Below are positions 49,970 to 59,329 of a DNA stretch of 64,000 bases, one piece after another. The stretch lies in contig OZ223519.1 in NCBI GenBank assembly GCA_965140785.1, positions 32,001 to 96,000 of the forward strand, read 5' to 3'. Under the pieces are notes generated by a model. The model saw only the letters and a list, made by a program, of their open reading frames with translations, did no database searches and had not been told where the DNA came from. This stretch comes from an uncultured Ruficoccus sp. Lineage in GTDB: Bacteria; Verrucomicrobiota; Verrucomicrobiia; Opitutales; Cerasicoccaceae. The translations under genes were made by a program, and so were the position numbers. Within the stretch, counting starts at the first letter, position 1. Every line of letters begins with the position of its first letter.

Positions 49970-50896
49970 TTATGCAAAAATGGAATGCTGAGGCCTTGCT
50001 TCTCTGACTTGACAGGCCCGGGCACCACATTGCGTTGCGGTCTTCAGGGCAATTTTCAGGGGATGGCCCGTGCCCAGTGCCCAGACTAATCCACCATGGA
50101 AGGCATCACCGGCCCCGACCGTATCGACGACTTCGACGGGGATAGCCGGCTGATGAAGGAGCGCTCTTTCGCTCTCTATGGCCCAGGCGCCCTCGCTACC
50201 AGCGGTAACGACGACAGGGACTTGGTAATCGCGAAACATGGTTGAGGTTAATGCTTCCGCTGAAATCTCTCCGTAGATCGAGACGAGGGCATTTCTGTTT
50301 GGGATGAGGAGGTGCGCCAGCCCGAACAGGGCCCGAACCTCATCAAGAGATGCGCCGCATTGTTTTAAGGGATCGAGGTCAACATCAACGGCCACTCTAA
50401 CGCCATTTCTAGTTAAGCGCTGCACGGCTTCATGCAGGATCGGTAAAGGAATTTCCCCAATCTCTACAATCAACCAGTTCTCGGGCTGTACGAGGGACTC
50501 CCAGTGGGAGATGTCGTCGTCTCTGATGGTGGATAAACTGTTGGGAAGCAGCCATCCACCCACGCGCCGCCGTGCCTCCCCGGCGTAGGCGGCTAAGTTA
50601 AAAGGAGAGCAAGCACCTGAATCGTATCGCACACCCTCGGTACTGATGCCGGAGTCGGTGAGTTGCTGGATGATTTTTTGACCAATCCAATCTCGCCCCA
50701 GTTTTCCTAGCCAGCCGGCTCGGGCACCTAAGGCACTTATTTGAGCGAGGCAGTTGGCCACGGAGCCGCCCGGGCAGACGTTGACCTCCTGTGCCAGTAG
50801 CTTTTCCGTGTGGCCCACGCCCATCTCCGCCGTACGGATACGGAAGTCAATGGAGGCACTGCCCAGTCCCCAAAAACGGACATTGGATTTTTTCAT
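49970..50896 (-). CDS. PfkB-family carbohydrate kinase
   Basis: PGGSVAN...LG..AGWLGKLGRD..G; VVDTVGAGDAFHGG. Confidence 0.9.
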   Translation of the reverse strand: MKKSNVRFWGLGSASIDFRIRTAEMGVGHTEKLLAQEVNVCPGGSVANCLAQISALGARAGWLGKLGRDWIGQKIIQQLTDSGISTEGVRYDSGACSPFNLAAYAGEARRRVGGWLLPNSLSTIRDDDISHWESLVQPENWLIVEIGEIPLPILHEAVQRLTRNGVRVAVDVDLDPLKQCGASLDEVRALFGLAHLLIPNRNALVSIYGEISAEALTSTMFRDYQVPVVVTAGSEGAWAIESERALLHQPAIPVEVVDTVGAGDAFHGGLVWALGTGHPLKIALKTATQCGARACQVREARPQHSIFA

Positions 50897-50899
50897 GAA

Positions 50900-51598
50900 C
50901 TATTCGGCGATGCCTTCCATCTGTATGGCGTGGGAGAGGTAGCTGACATCCTCGTCTTTGACGTTCTTCCAGTTGCGGGCGAAGAGCATCTCGGCGCGGT
51001 CGCTCAGCGTATGGGTCATCATATCGCGCACCATCGGGTAACGCATGCCGACGGCATCGACACCGGCCCGCAGGGCGAGGTCCACGTCCGCGACGGATTT
51101 CATGCTTACGGCGATGATTTCAGGCGCTTTATCCAATTGGCTGTAGCCTTGCTTGATGGAGCGGAGTGTCTCAAAGGCATCCATCCCAATCGCCTGTGCG
51201 CGTGAGACAAACGGGCAGATTCCGAACGCGCCGACACTGGCCGCCACGCAGGCCTGGGACAGGCTGAACAGCGTTGTCGCGATGCAGTCGATACCTTCCT
51301 GCTGGAGAATGGCGATGGCCTTGAAGCCTTTTTCGTTGGCGATGATTTTAAAGCCAACCGTCGGGGCGACCTTGCGCAAATCGCGGGCGCGGCGGACGAT
51401 TTCTTCCTCGTCTTTACCGTGAATCTGGATAAAGACCGGCAAGTCGGTCAGTTCGACAATGGCCTCTGTGATTTCGTACAGGGTGAGTTCGCCCTTGTAG
51501 TACTGATCGAATCCCTGGGGATTGGTCAGGATACCCGCGACTCCGAGTTCGAGGCATTGGCGTATGTCTTCAAGCGATCCAGCTCCGTAGATTTTCAT
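50900..51598 (-). CDS. Small transaldolase / fructose-6-phosphate aldolase family protein
   Basis: GILTNP, Schiff-base Lys in GFKII, TTLFSLSQA, CPFVSR, IIAVSMKS; ATGA overlap with the upstream ADH. Confidence 0.85.
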   Translation of the reverse strand: MKIYGAGSLEDIRQCLELGVAGILTNPQGFDQYYKGELTLYEITEAIVELTDLPVFIQIHGKDEEEIVRRARDLRKVAPTVGFKIIANEKGFKAIAILQQEGIDCIATTLFSLSQACVAASVGAFGICPFVSRAQAIGMDAFETLRSIKQGYSQLDKAPEIIAVSMKSVADVDLALRAGVDAVGMRYPMVRDMMTHTLSDRAEMLFARNWKNVKDEDVSYLSHAIQMEGIAE

Positions 51599-52680
51599 GC
51601 GTATGTACTCCAGGATTGAGTGATAAGGGTTCTGAGGTCTTCCAAAGTGATTTCGACGTTGGCGTTGTGGCGTCCATAGGAAGCGTAGCCGAGGGCGGCC
51701 CATTCCTCGATCTTGGCCTCGTCGATGGCTGGAAGAGTGGGGATGGGCACATGTTCGCGTATGTAGTCGCTCATGCGGTCTTCAAAGGCGGCGCTGATAT
51801 GTTTTGCCCTCGGGCAACCTTTGGCCGCCAGCACCTCGACCAATGCGGCGAGAAAAATAGCGTTGGCGAGGCCGTGGGCGTAGCCGTATTCGCGCGTCAG
51901 CGCGTAGCCTAGCGCGTGCGCCATGACGGTCCCGCAATGCGCCAGAACAATGCCTCCGCCGAGGGCGGTTTCCATCATTTGGCTACGGGCTTCGATGCTG
52001 TTGGACTCCGCGAGCACATCGGGTAAGGCGGCAATGCCCTTGTCGAGCGATGTCCGGGCGATGTCAGCAAGGATGCTGACGCAGGAGCGCGTCAGGTAGC
52101 CCTCTATCAGGTGGGACAGCGCATCGATTCCGCTGTGAGCAGTCACGTGTGCTGGAAGTGAGAGCGTGAGTTCCGGATCGCAGAGCGCGACGCTGGGGAC
52201 CAGCCGGTCGTGCTTGAGGATGCGCTTGAAATTTCCCTCGTCGGTGATGATGGAGTAGGGCGAGACTTCGCTGCCAGCTCCCGAGGTGGTCGGTACGGCT
52301 ACGATAGCGATGTCGGGAGCTACTCCCGGAGCATTTTCCCCCGTCAGTTTCCAGGCAGGATTTTTGGCGAACCAGGCGGCGGCTTTTGCGAGGTCGATAG
52401 CGCTGCCGCCTCCGACCGCGATGATGGTTTCGATCTCGTTGTCGGCTGCCATTATTCCGAGTTGTCGAGCCATCTTTTCTCCGGGATTTTCTTCGTAAAG
52501 ATTGGGAACGAGCAGGGTTGCGCAGTGCTCTTGCAACTGCTGTTGGACGGCGTCCATCTGGCAGCGGCGAAAGCGCAGGAGCATGCAACGCTTGCCATTG
52601 GTTTCTGGAAGGCTGGCGAGCTTATTAAAATTACCAGGTCCGAAAAGAATGCGTGTAGTCAGTTGGAATTCAAAATTCAT
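51595..52680 (-). CDS. Iron-containing alcohol dehydrogenase
   Basis: IAVGGGSAIDLAK, VPTTSGAGSEVS, DPELT, DALSHLIE, AHALG, HGLANA. Confidence 0.92.
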   Translation of the reverse strand: MNFEFQLTTRILFGPGNFNKLASLPETNGKRCMLLRFRRCQMDAVQQQLQEHCATLLVPNLYEENPGEKMARQLGIMAADNEIETIIAVGGGSAIDLAKAAAWFAKNPAWKLTGENAPGVAPDIAIVAVPTTSGAGSEVSPYSIITDEGNFKRILKHDRLVPSVALCDPELTLSLPAHVTAHSGIDALSHLIEGYLTRSCVSILADIARTSLDKGIAALPDVLAESNSIEARSQMMETALGGGIVLAHCGTVMAHALGYALTREYGYAHGLANAIFLAALVEVLAAKGCPRAKHISAAFEDRMSDYIREHVPIPTLPAIDEAKIEEWAALGYASYGRHNANVEITLEDLRTLITQSWSTYA

Positions 52681-52768
52681 AGTTGGAAGGCAAACTTGGT
52701 AAAAGGTGATGGCGTAACTGATGCTGAACAGCATCTTGATCTTGCATTTCTTCGCAATGCTCCCATAG

Positions 52769-52783
52769 CTTTCCCTATCAAGT
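52769..52783 (-). promoter_or_regulatory. Operator box ACTTGATAGGGAAAG upstream of the ADH-aldolase-kinase operon
   Basis: Identical to 54942-54956; followed on the minus strand by 11 nt, TTGCGA, 16 nt, GATGCT. Confidence 0.78.
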
Positions 52784-52804
52784 GTTCACGCCTTTAAATT
52801 ACCA

Positions 52805-53869
52805 ATGGAGAGAAAGCCCCGCATTACGATTAAGCAGATGGCAGCCCAGTTGGGGGTGTCGCATACAACGGTTTCGCTGGCGCTACGTGAGCACCCATCC
52901 ATTCCTCCGACGACGCGAGACCGGATCAAAGAGCATGCCCAGAAAGTCGGTTATCGTCCCGACCCTATGCTGGCTTCGCTCGTGGCCTACCGGCAGCGTA
53001 ATCGCTCTGAGCAGTCGTTTAAAGGGGCACTGGCCTGGCTGACGAATTATCCGACGCACGATGGCTGGCGCAAAGTTGGGCCGGTTGGATACTTTACTGG
53101 CGCAATGCGCCGTGCCGACGAACTTGGCTATCGTCTCGACGAAATATGGCTTAACGAGCCAGGGATGGATGCCAAGCGGATGCGTCAGGTCTTGATCGCG
53201 CGTAATATTCGTGGATTGCTATTTCCACCGCAACCGGTGCCGGGTACGAAAATTGCGCTGAACATCGACGGATTTGCGGCTGTGAAATTCGGCTACACGC
53301 TGGCCAGCTATCAGTTGCCCGTGGTGATGAATCATCAGTTCCGTAACATGATGTTCCTGATCGAGCAACTGACGAGGATCGGCTATAGCCGTATCGGATT
53401 GGCGATGCCAGTGATCAACGACGAGCGTGTCCACCACAACTATGCGGGTGGTTTCTGGGCAGGTACACATTTCTCGGGACTGGTAGAACGCTCATCGCGA
53501 TTCCTGCCCAAGAGCATGGACAACACGGCCTTCTGGCGCTGGTTCGACAAGCATCGTCCCGATGTTATTATCGGAGAGGCAGGTTATGCAGGGACCATGC
53601 TTGAATACCTGCGTGAAGGTGGGGTGGACGTTCCCCGCGAGGTCGGAGTCGCGGTTGTCAACATTCCGTACGGCAATACCTACTTTGGGGGCATTGATGA
53701 AAACCACGAGTTGATCGGTGCCTCCGCAGTCAATCTAGTGGCGGGAATGCTTCACAATAATGAGACTGGAGAAAGCACCAATCCCCGTCATGTGCTCATC
53801 GACGGGAGTTGGCGCTTGGGAAAGAGTCTGCGGGAAGTAAAACCGGCTCAGGCCAGCGCGGGCTCCTGA
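52805..53869 (+). CDS. LacI-family transcriptional regulator
   Basis: ITIKQMAAQLGVSHTTVSLALREHPSI...GYRPDPML; C-terminal VLIDGSW. Confidence 0.93.
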   Translation: MERKPRITIKQMAAQLGVSHTTVSLALREHPSIPPTTRDRIKEHAQKVGYRPDPMLASLVAYRQRNRSEQSFKGALAWLTNYPTHDGWRKVGPVGYFTGAMRRADELGYRLDEIWLNEPGMDAKRMRQVLIARNIRGLLFPPQPVPGTKIALNIDGFAAVKFGYTLASYQLPVVMNHQFRNMMFLIEQLTRIGYSRIGLAMPVINDERVHHNYAGGFWAGTHFSGLVERSSRFLPKSMDNTAFWRWFDKHRPDVIIGEAGYAGTMLEYLREGGVDVPREVGVAVVNIPYGNTYFGGIDENHELIGASAVNLVAGMLHNNETGESTNPRHVLIDGSWRLGKSLREVKPAQASAGS

Positions 53870-54876
53870 ACCGCCTGCCACAGTGGCTGATGGTTGGTAC
53901 TGCGTTCGGCACAATATCCGGTGGGTGGAATCAGTTCCGGATAGTGTTCCTCCGCATAATCACGAATACGCTGGATAAGGTTCGTCGGGACGGGAATCGC
54001 TGGATTGCGAACGGGGCCGACCTTCAGGAATCCGAGCGCATCGATAACGGCTTTGTGGCGGGCCAGCGGGCTATATTGAGTGATTGCTTCGAGTTCTGGA
54101 GGGAAGATATGAGGTTGCCCTTGGCCGAGTTTGAGTCGCGAGGGAAATTCCGTAAAGCTGCACTGAGCCTGCTCTGCTTCGACGTATTTACCCTGAGCGC
54201 ACAGGTCGAGGATTTCACGCATCTTATGAGGCATCCATGGCATGTGTACGCTGCCGACTCCGATGGCCCCGTTACGATGGAGTTCGGTTAGCCAGCCAAT
54301 GTCGGTAGAGCTCATATGGAGCAAAGGACTTTTTTCGTGCAGGCTCTTCCATTTCTTGAAATCCCAGTGTGCTTCCTTGCTGCCGATGACATTGGGCAGT
54401 TCGGCCAGGCGCTTGAACATCTCCAGCGAGTAGGGCTGACGTACCCATCCGTAATGATAAATCAGCAAGCTGATATCTGGGCAGGCTTCGGAAACTCGCT
54501 TCCAGAACTGAAAAAGCTCATCATCAGTCAAGGGAGTGTGGTAGGGAGCGATTACCAAAATAGCATCCACACCTGCGGCCATGGCCAGCCGTCCACGAGC
54601 GATGATTTCAGTTTCGGAAAGTGAAACTGCCCCCATCAAACTGATGGCTCCAGCTTGCTGCGTCTCTTCGCTCATAATCTCGGCGATGCGGCGTAGTTCC
54701 GCTTCGCTCATTGTGTAGAATTCTCCAGATGTACCAGCCATAGAGATACCTTCAGCTCCTGCGTTGAGGAGCTTACGGATGTTCCATCGGACGGCTTCTT
54801 CGTCAAGCTCAAGGCTCGGGGTAAACGGAGTTGGCGGATAGGCGATGACGCCACGGTAATTCTTTTTGCTCAGCAT
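53848..54876 (-). CDS. DapA/N-acetylneuraminate lyase-family class I aldolase
   Basis: GVIAYPPTPF, AGTSGEF (GxxGE), GVDAILVIAP, IYHY, GSKEAH (Schiff-base Lys). Confidence 0.88.
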   Translation of the reverse strand: MLSKKNYRGVIAYPPTPFTPSLELDEEAVRWNIRKLLNAGAEGISMAGTSGEFYTMSEAELRRIAEIMSEETQQAGAISLMGAVSLSETEIIARGRLAMAAGVDAILVIAPYHTPLTDDELFQFWKRVSEACPDISLLIYHYGWVRQPYSLEMFKRLAELPNVIGSKEAHWDFKKWKSLHEKSPLLHMSSTDIGWLTELHRNGAIGVGSVHMPWMPHKMREILDLCAQGKYVEAEQAQCSFTEFPSRLKLGQGQPHIFPPELEAITQYSPLARHKAVIDALGFLKVGPVRNPAIPVPTNLIQRIRDYAEEHYPELIPPTGYCAERSTNHQPLWQAVQEPALA

Positions 54877-54925
54877 GATTGGGTGGTTTTCATCGCCGGG
54901 AGCGGCAATCGCAAGTTTGGCGGAG

Positions 54926-54956
54926 CTTTCCCTATCAAACAACTTGATAGGGAAAG
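54926..54956. promoter_or_regulatory. Back-to-back operator boxes CTTTCCCTATCAA-acaac-TTGATAGGGAAAG
   Basis: Perfect 13-bp inverted repeat between the divergent aldolase and EamA genes. Confidence 0.82.
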
Positions 54957-55068
54957 TGTATGCTCAGTCGCCTGCAGAGTCTATGTGGGGCACCCTTCAG
55001 GCATTTTGCCTCGGAAGCGTTCTGCTCGGTGAACACGGCGTAGCCAAGGCACATGGAAACCCATTCAG

Positions 55069-55971
55069 ATGAAATACGATGCTCATGCTGTTCGCGTTGC
55101 GATCGCGCTCTCCATTACCTGTTTTTTCTGCGGAACAGATTTTATTGTGACGAAACTGCTCATGGCTACATTGCCGCCGTTTTTGTATGCGGGTATGCGA
55201 TGGATGATCTGTGGGCTACTGGTGTTTGTTTACCTGTATAGGCGCGGGGTGCCGTTACCAACTGCCCGTCAGGCCCGTAATGCGCTGCTGGTTGCAGTTT
55301 TCCTGATTGTCGGGGGCAACGGTATACGCGTGCTGGGGCAGACGATGGCGGCGGCGGGTATCACCTCGGTCGTTATGGCGACTGGGCCCATTTTGCTGAT
55401 GCTGTTGGCTATTTTGTGTAAGATGGAGCGGCTTCCGCATTGGCGGATTTGGTTGTACATGATCGGCGGTGTCGCGGGCATTATTCTGATTATTCTTCCA
55501 CGCGCCGAGCAGGGAAGTTCGAATACCTCACTGGCGGGTGTGCTGGTTGTGCTCGCTGCCTGCCTTTGTTGGGCGGTTGGGGCACTGCTATCGCGCCATG
55601 CCTCTTCGCACCCCAACCGTATGATGGCAGCATCCCTGCACATGCTGTTAGCTTCGCCGGTACTTTTGCTGATATCATGGCTGTCGGGTGAATGGAAGGC
55701 GTTTGATTTCTACCTGCTGCCATGGACGACCTATGCCTGGTTTGCCTACATGGTGATTTCTTTATCCAGCTACACAAGCCTCGTGTGGCTGCTAGGGCAT
55801 ACGAGTGCGGAGGTGGCGACCTCCTATGCCTATGTCAGTCCGGTGATTGCACTGGCCTTGTCGTGTTTATTTCTGGGCGAACGCCTGACGCTGCCGGGAT
55901 TCGCCGGTTGTATTCTCGTACTGACCATGGTGAGTTTGCTCATGCGCAGCAAATTTCGCAGGCAGGCTTAA
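55069..55971 (+). CDS. EamA/DMT-family transporter (YedA-like)
   Basis: About 10 TM segments; LPPFLYAGMR, ATSYAYVSPVIA...FLGERLT. Confidence 0.88.
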   Translation: MKYDAHAVRVAIALSITCFFCGTDFIVTKLLMATLPPFLYAGMRWMICGLLVFVYLYRRGVPLPTARQARNALLVAVFLIVGGNGIRVLGQTMAAAGITSVVMATGPILLMLLAILCKMERLPHWRIWLYMIGGVAGIILIILPRAEQGSSNTSLAGVLVVLAACLCWAVGALLSRHASSHPNRMMAASLHMLLASPVLLLISWLSGEWKAFDFYLLPWTTYAWFAYMVISLSSYTSLVWLLGHTSAEVATSYAYVSPVIALALSCLFLGERLTLPGFAGCILVLTMVSLLMRSKFRRQA

Positions 55972-55990
55972 GTTAGTCTGTCCTGATGCG

Positions 55991-56005
55991 ACTTGATAGT
56001 GAAAG
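55991..56005 (+). promoter_or_regulatory. Operator box ACTTGATAGTGAAAG upstream of the sialidase-like gene
   Basis: One mismatch to the other boxes; followed by 11 nt, TTGTCC, 16 nt, TATCTT. Confidence 0.78.
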
Positions 56006-56089
56006 TGCGAAGGGAGTTGTCCTGGTAAGAGAATCGTTTATCTTAGGTATCGTTTATAACCCCTTTGTCGCCTTTTTACCCGTATTCAA

Positions 56090-57364
56090 ATGCCCCCGGA
56101 ACTTGCCCCAGATTACACCATCGTTGTCGAATCTCCAGATCCGAAAGACATTTACTGCTACAGTCCAGGTCTGTGCCGGTGCCCGGATGGAACATTGATC
56201 GCGACGATGGATTTTGGGGGAGCAGGGGCGATCCGGCTCGACGGTCCGAAATCGAGCCGGGGCGACGCCCAATCCGTCGGTAACCAGGGCCGTGTTTACC
56301 GGTCGGAGGACGCCGGCGCGACTTGGCATCTGAAAATTAAATTCCCCTTCTATCACTCGAGGCCGTTTTATGCGGGGAAAACGCTTTACGCGCTTGGCCA
56401 TTCGGGAGACTTGATGATTATCCGGTCGGATGACGATGGCCGCACATGGTCTGAGCCCGTTAAACTGACCAAGGACGAAATCTGGGGGCAGGCTCCGTGC
56501 AATGTCCACACCGCCAATGGATGCGTTTACCTGACGATGGAGAAGCAACTGCGCTCTGACGCAGGTTCCTGGCGCAGTAATGGGTACGGGCCGATTCTTA
56601 TGCGAGCCTGCATCGGTGATGACTTGACGAATCCTGATGCCTGGACTTACGCAAAGAGTTTTTCTGCCCGGGACATTTGCCCGGATCAGGAAGTGCCTTG
56701 GATGGGGATTCCCTTTTTCAGGTTTATAGAAGGGCTGGAGGGAGAGTTGACGCCCGGACGGCGTCCCTGGCCGCTTGGCTGGATCGAGAGTCATGTCGTC
56801 CAGATTGTCGATCCAGACCACTATTGGTATGACTCGAAGGGGAAGACTTTTCATTTGTTGGCACGCGCCACGACTTCGACAACGGGGTTGGCAGGGCTGC
56901 TGAAGGTAATCGAGCATGACGACGGTTCGATGACGACGCATCTGGAGCAGGCTCCTTCCGGGGTGGATATGCTCTACCTGCCCTTACCAGGAGGCCAGAT
57001 GAAGTTTCACATTCTTTACGATGAAGTTTCACGTTTGTATTGGCTTTTAAGTACACAGGCGACCGACAGTATGACCCGTGCCGATCGTTTGCCGGATGAG
57101 CGCTTCAATACGCCCAACGACGAGCGCCAACGCCTGCAACTGCACTATTCAAAAAACTGCGTGGATTGGTGTTTTGCCGGAATTGTTACCAGTGGTGCTT
57201 CTCCGAAACAGGCCAGGCATTATGCTAGCATGGCCATCGACGGCGAGGATCTGCTCGTGCTGAGCCGTTCCGGGGACGCGCAGGCCAAATCCGCCCATAA
57301 TGGGAACCTAATTACTTTTCACCGAGTACGTAATTTTCGCAGCCTTGCCGATCTTGCAGGCTGA
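56090..57364 (+). CDS. BNR/Asp-box beta-propeller, sialidase (GH33)-like, no signal peptide
   Basis: Asp-boxes YRSEDAGATW and IRSDDDGRTWS; C-terminal HYASM. Confidence 0.75.
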   Translation: MPPELAPDYTIVVESPDPKDIYCYSPGLCRCPDGTLIATMDFGGAGAIRLDGPKSSRGDAQSVGNQGRVYRSEDAGATWHLKIKFPFYHSRPFYAGKTLYALGHSGDLMIIRSDDDGRTWSEPVKLTKDEIWGQAPCNVHTANGCVYLTMEKQLRSDAGSWRSNGYGPILMRACIGDDLTNPDAWTYAKSFSARDICPDQEVPWMGIPFFRFIEGLEGELTPGRRPWPLGWIESHVVQIVDPDHYWYDSKGKTFHLLARATTSTTGLAGLLKVIEHDDGSMTTHLEQAPSGVDMLYLPLPGGQMKFHILYDEVSRLYWLLSTQATDSMTRADRLPDERFNTPNDERQRLQLHYSKNCVDWCFAGIVTSGASPKQARHYASMAIDGEDLLVLSRSGDAQAKSAHNGNLITFHRVRNFRSLADLAG

Positions 57365-57442
57365 CGATCATGCATTCTATCTACGGCGATTGATTCAAAT
57401 TTTTCTCAATAGTACCACCCCCAACAACATGACATACCACCT

Positions 57443-58357
57443 ATGAAAACGAATGTATCCATACTCACGAATCTCATCGGCAAGCGTTCCTTCGCTCCTG
57501 CATGTTTGCTGATCGCAGCAGTTACGCCCGCTCTAGCGGACAGTTATTCCGACGCAATCATGGCAGATAATCCTCTGATTTATTACCGCTATCAGGATAC
57601 CGGTAGCACTGTGACCGACCTTGGCTCTGGAGATGTGGACGGTACGGTGTTCTCTGGTGCTACACAGGGGGTCTCCGCTGGGCCTGTCGCTCCCTTGTAT
57701 CCAGGATTTCAGAGTGACAACAAAGGCATCACCTTTAACGGGAGCAGCAGTAGTTACGTTTCTGTCGATACTGTTTCGCTAGGTAACGCCGGGCTTGAAG
57801 GGGCTTCGGCAGTCACGGTTGAATTCTGGCTCAATCCTACCAGCTACAGTACTGGAGTAATTCTCGATATTCCATTAGGGAAGGCGGGGTTCGGTGATGT
57901 TACTGGTATTGGAGTGAATATCTCAACTGATGGAAATGTTCGGTTGAGTGGACGTAGCAATGGCAATGATAGTTTCCAGCAGTATACTTTTTCCGACACA
58001 GGGATTGGGCTTAATGAGTGGAGTCAGGTTACTGCTATTTTTGACTACACTAACGATACGGTCTCGCTCTATGTCAACGGGCTTTCTATCGGAGTTTCGG
58101 GTACATTGGCATGGGGATCGTCAACACTTGATGGAGTGGATATTGCCACTACGGATACACGACAGGGAATATCCCGGGCGGGTATTAATCCTTTTGAAGG
58201 TGCTCTGGATGAATTATCCATTTATAACTATGGACTAAGCTCCACGGAAATTGCCGATCACTATGCAGCCGCCATCCCTGAGTCATCTTCGATGAGCCTC
58301 TTGATGGGAAGCGTAGTACTATTGGCGCTTCTGTTTCATCGAGTCCGCCGCGTTTGA
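57443..58357 (+). CDS. PEP-CTERM protein with LamG/ConA-like domain
   Basis: Signal peptide; TVEFWLNP, NEWSQVTAIFD...LYVNG, FEGALDELSIYNYGLS; IPESSSMSLLMGSVVLLALLFHRVRRV. Confidence 0.88.
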   Translation: MKTNVSILTNLIGKRSFAPACLLIAAVTPALADSYSDAIMADNPLIYYRYQDTGSTVTDLGSGDVDGTVFSGATQGVSAGPVAPLYPGFQSDNKGITFNGSSSSYVSVDTVSLGNAGLEGASAVTVEFWLNPTSYSTGVILDIPLGKAGFGDVTGIGVNISTDGNVRLSGRSNGNDSFQQYTFSDTGIGLNEWSQVTAIFDYTNDTVSLYVNGLSIGVSGTLAWGSSTLDGVDIATTDTRQGISRAGINPFEGALDELSIYNYGLSSTEIADHYAAAIPESSSMSLLMGSVVLLALLFHRVRRV

Positions 58358-58475
58358 CGATATTTTTTAAAATAGCACTACATATATATTCGCCTCTTAA
58401 GCGACCTTGCCGCGGGAACAATTCGCGCTGGGGTATACTTACGCATACATACCATTCATAACCCAATATTAAGAC

Positions 58476-59252
58476 ATGGACTATACATACAAAAAGATGC
58501 ATAGGACAAATCTCCATTATCAGAGGCGAGTTGGGTTTAAGGGGTGTTCGGCGACCGGAGCGGTTGTCCCCGCGTTCAGTCTGATAGAGTTGTTGGTGGT
58601 TCTGGCGATTATTGCCGTATTAGCTGTGATCCTAATACCTGTCATCGGCCAGGTGAGAGGGGCTGCGGCGCAGACGGTTTGCCTTGGGAACCTGAGACAG
58701 ATAGGACAGGGAATTATGGTCTACAGTGTGGATCATAACGGATACGCTCCGGTCGCTCGCATCCCGGCGCAGACCGCGGAGACCAGTAACTGGTTGGACT
58801 GGGTTGCACAATTGAGCGAAGGTGATATCAACGGTGAGCACTCGGTTTTCTCATGCCCGGCTGACGCCTGCGAGAGACAATATCTCGTCCGTGGTAACAG
58901 CGTACAGATTAGTTATGGGATCAATGAAGCTGTCTCCAACCCAAACTTTACGGGTGTTTACAGCAAAATCACTGATATCGAAGGCCATCGCGCAGCGATT
59001 ATGCCATTGGTGGCCGACAGTTGTTTTCCCGTCATTGTGGGGTATTCCTCTACCTTCCGGGCGCGGGTAGCGAACGCAAACAATCCCACTTCTGCGTCCC
59101 CTCCTTCTGGACTGAACGATGCTCTCCAGCGGCACCCGGGCGGTTCGGGTGTGTGTTTTGTAGACGGTCACACTGAACTCGTTGACTACGATAGGGCCAT
59201 GAATGGATACCGTGACGATAAATTCAACTACTCTCCCAAGGCGTTCTGGTAA
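58476..59252 (+). CDS. Prepilin-type N-terminal cleavage/methylation protein with H-X9-DG motif
   Basis: AFSLIELLVVLAIIAVLAVILIP, CLGNLRQIG, SYGIN, RHPGGSGVCFVDGH. Confidence 0.9.
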   Translation: MDYTYKKMHRTNLHYQRRVGFKGCSATGAVVPAFSLIELLVVLAIIAVLAVILIPVIGQVRGAAAQTVCLGNLRQIGQGIMVYSVDHNGYAPVARIPAQTAETSNWLDWVAQLSEGDINGEHSVFSCPADACERQYLVRGNSVQISYGINEAVSNPNFTGVYSKITDIEGHRAAIMPLVADSCFPVIVGYSSTFRARVANANNPTSASPPSGLNDALQRHPGGSGVCFVDGHTELVDYDRAMNGYRDDKFNYSPKAFW

Positions 59253-59329
59253 ATCAGACCCAATCGCTCTTATCACGATTCGGGATATCGTCAACTATGT
59301 CTATGATTTCTATGACCTCTTCTTTCCAT

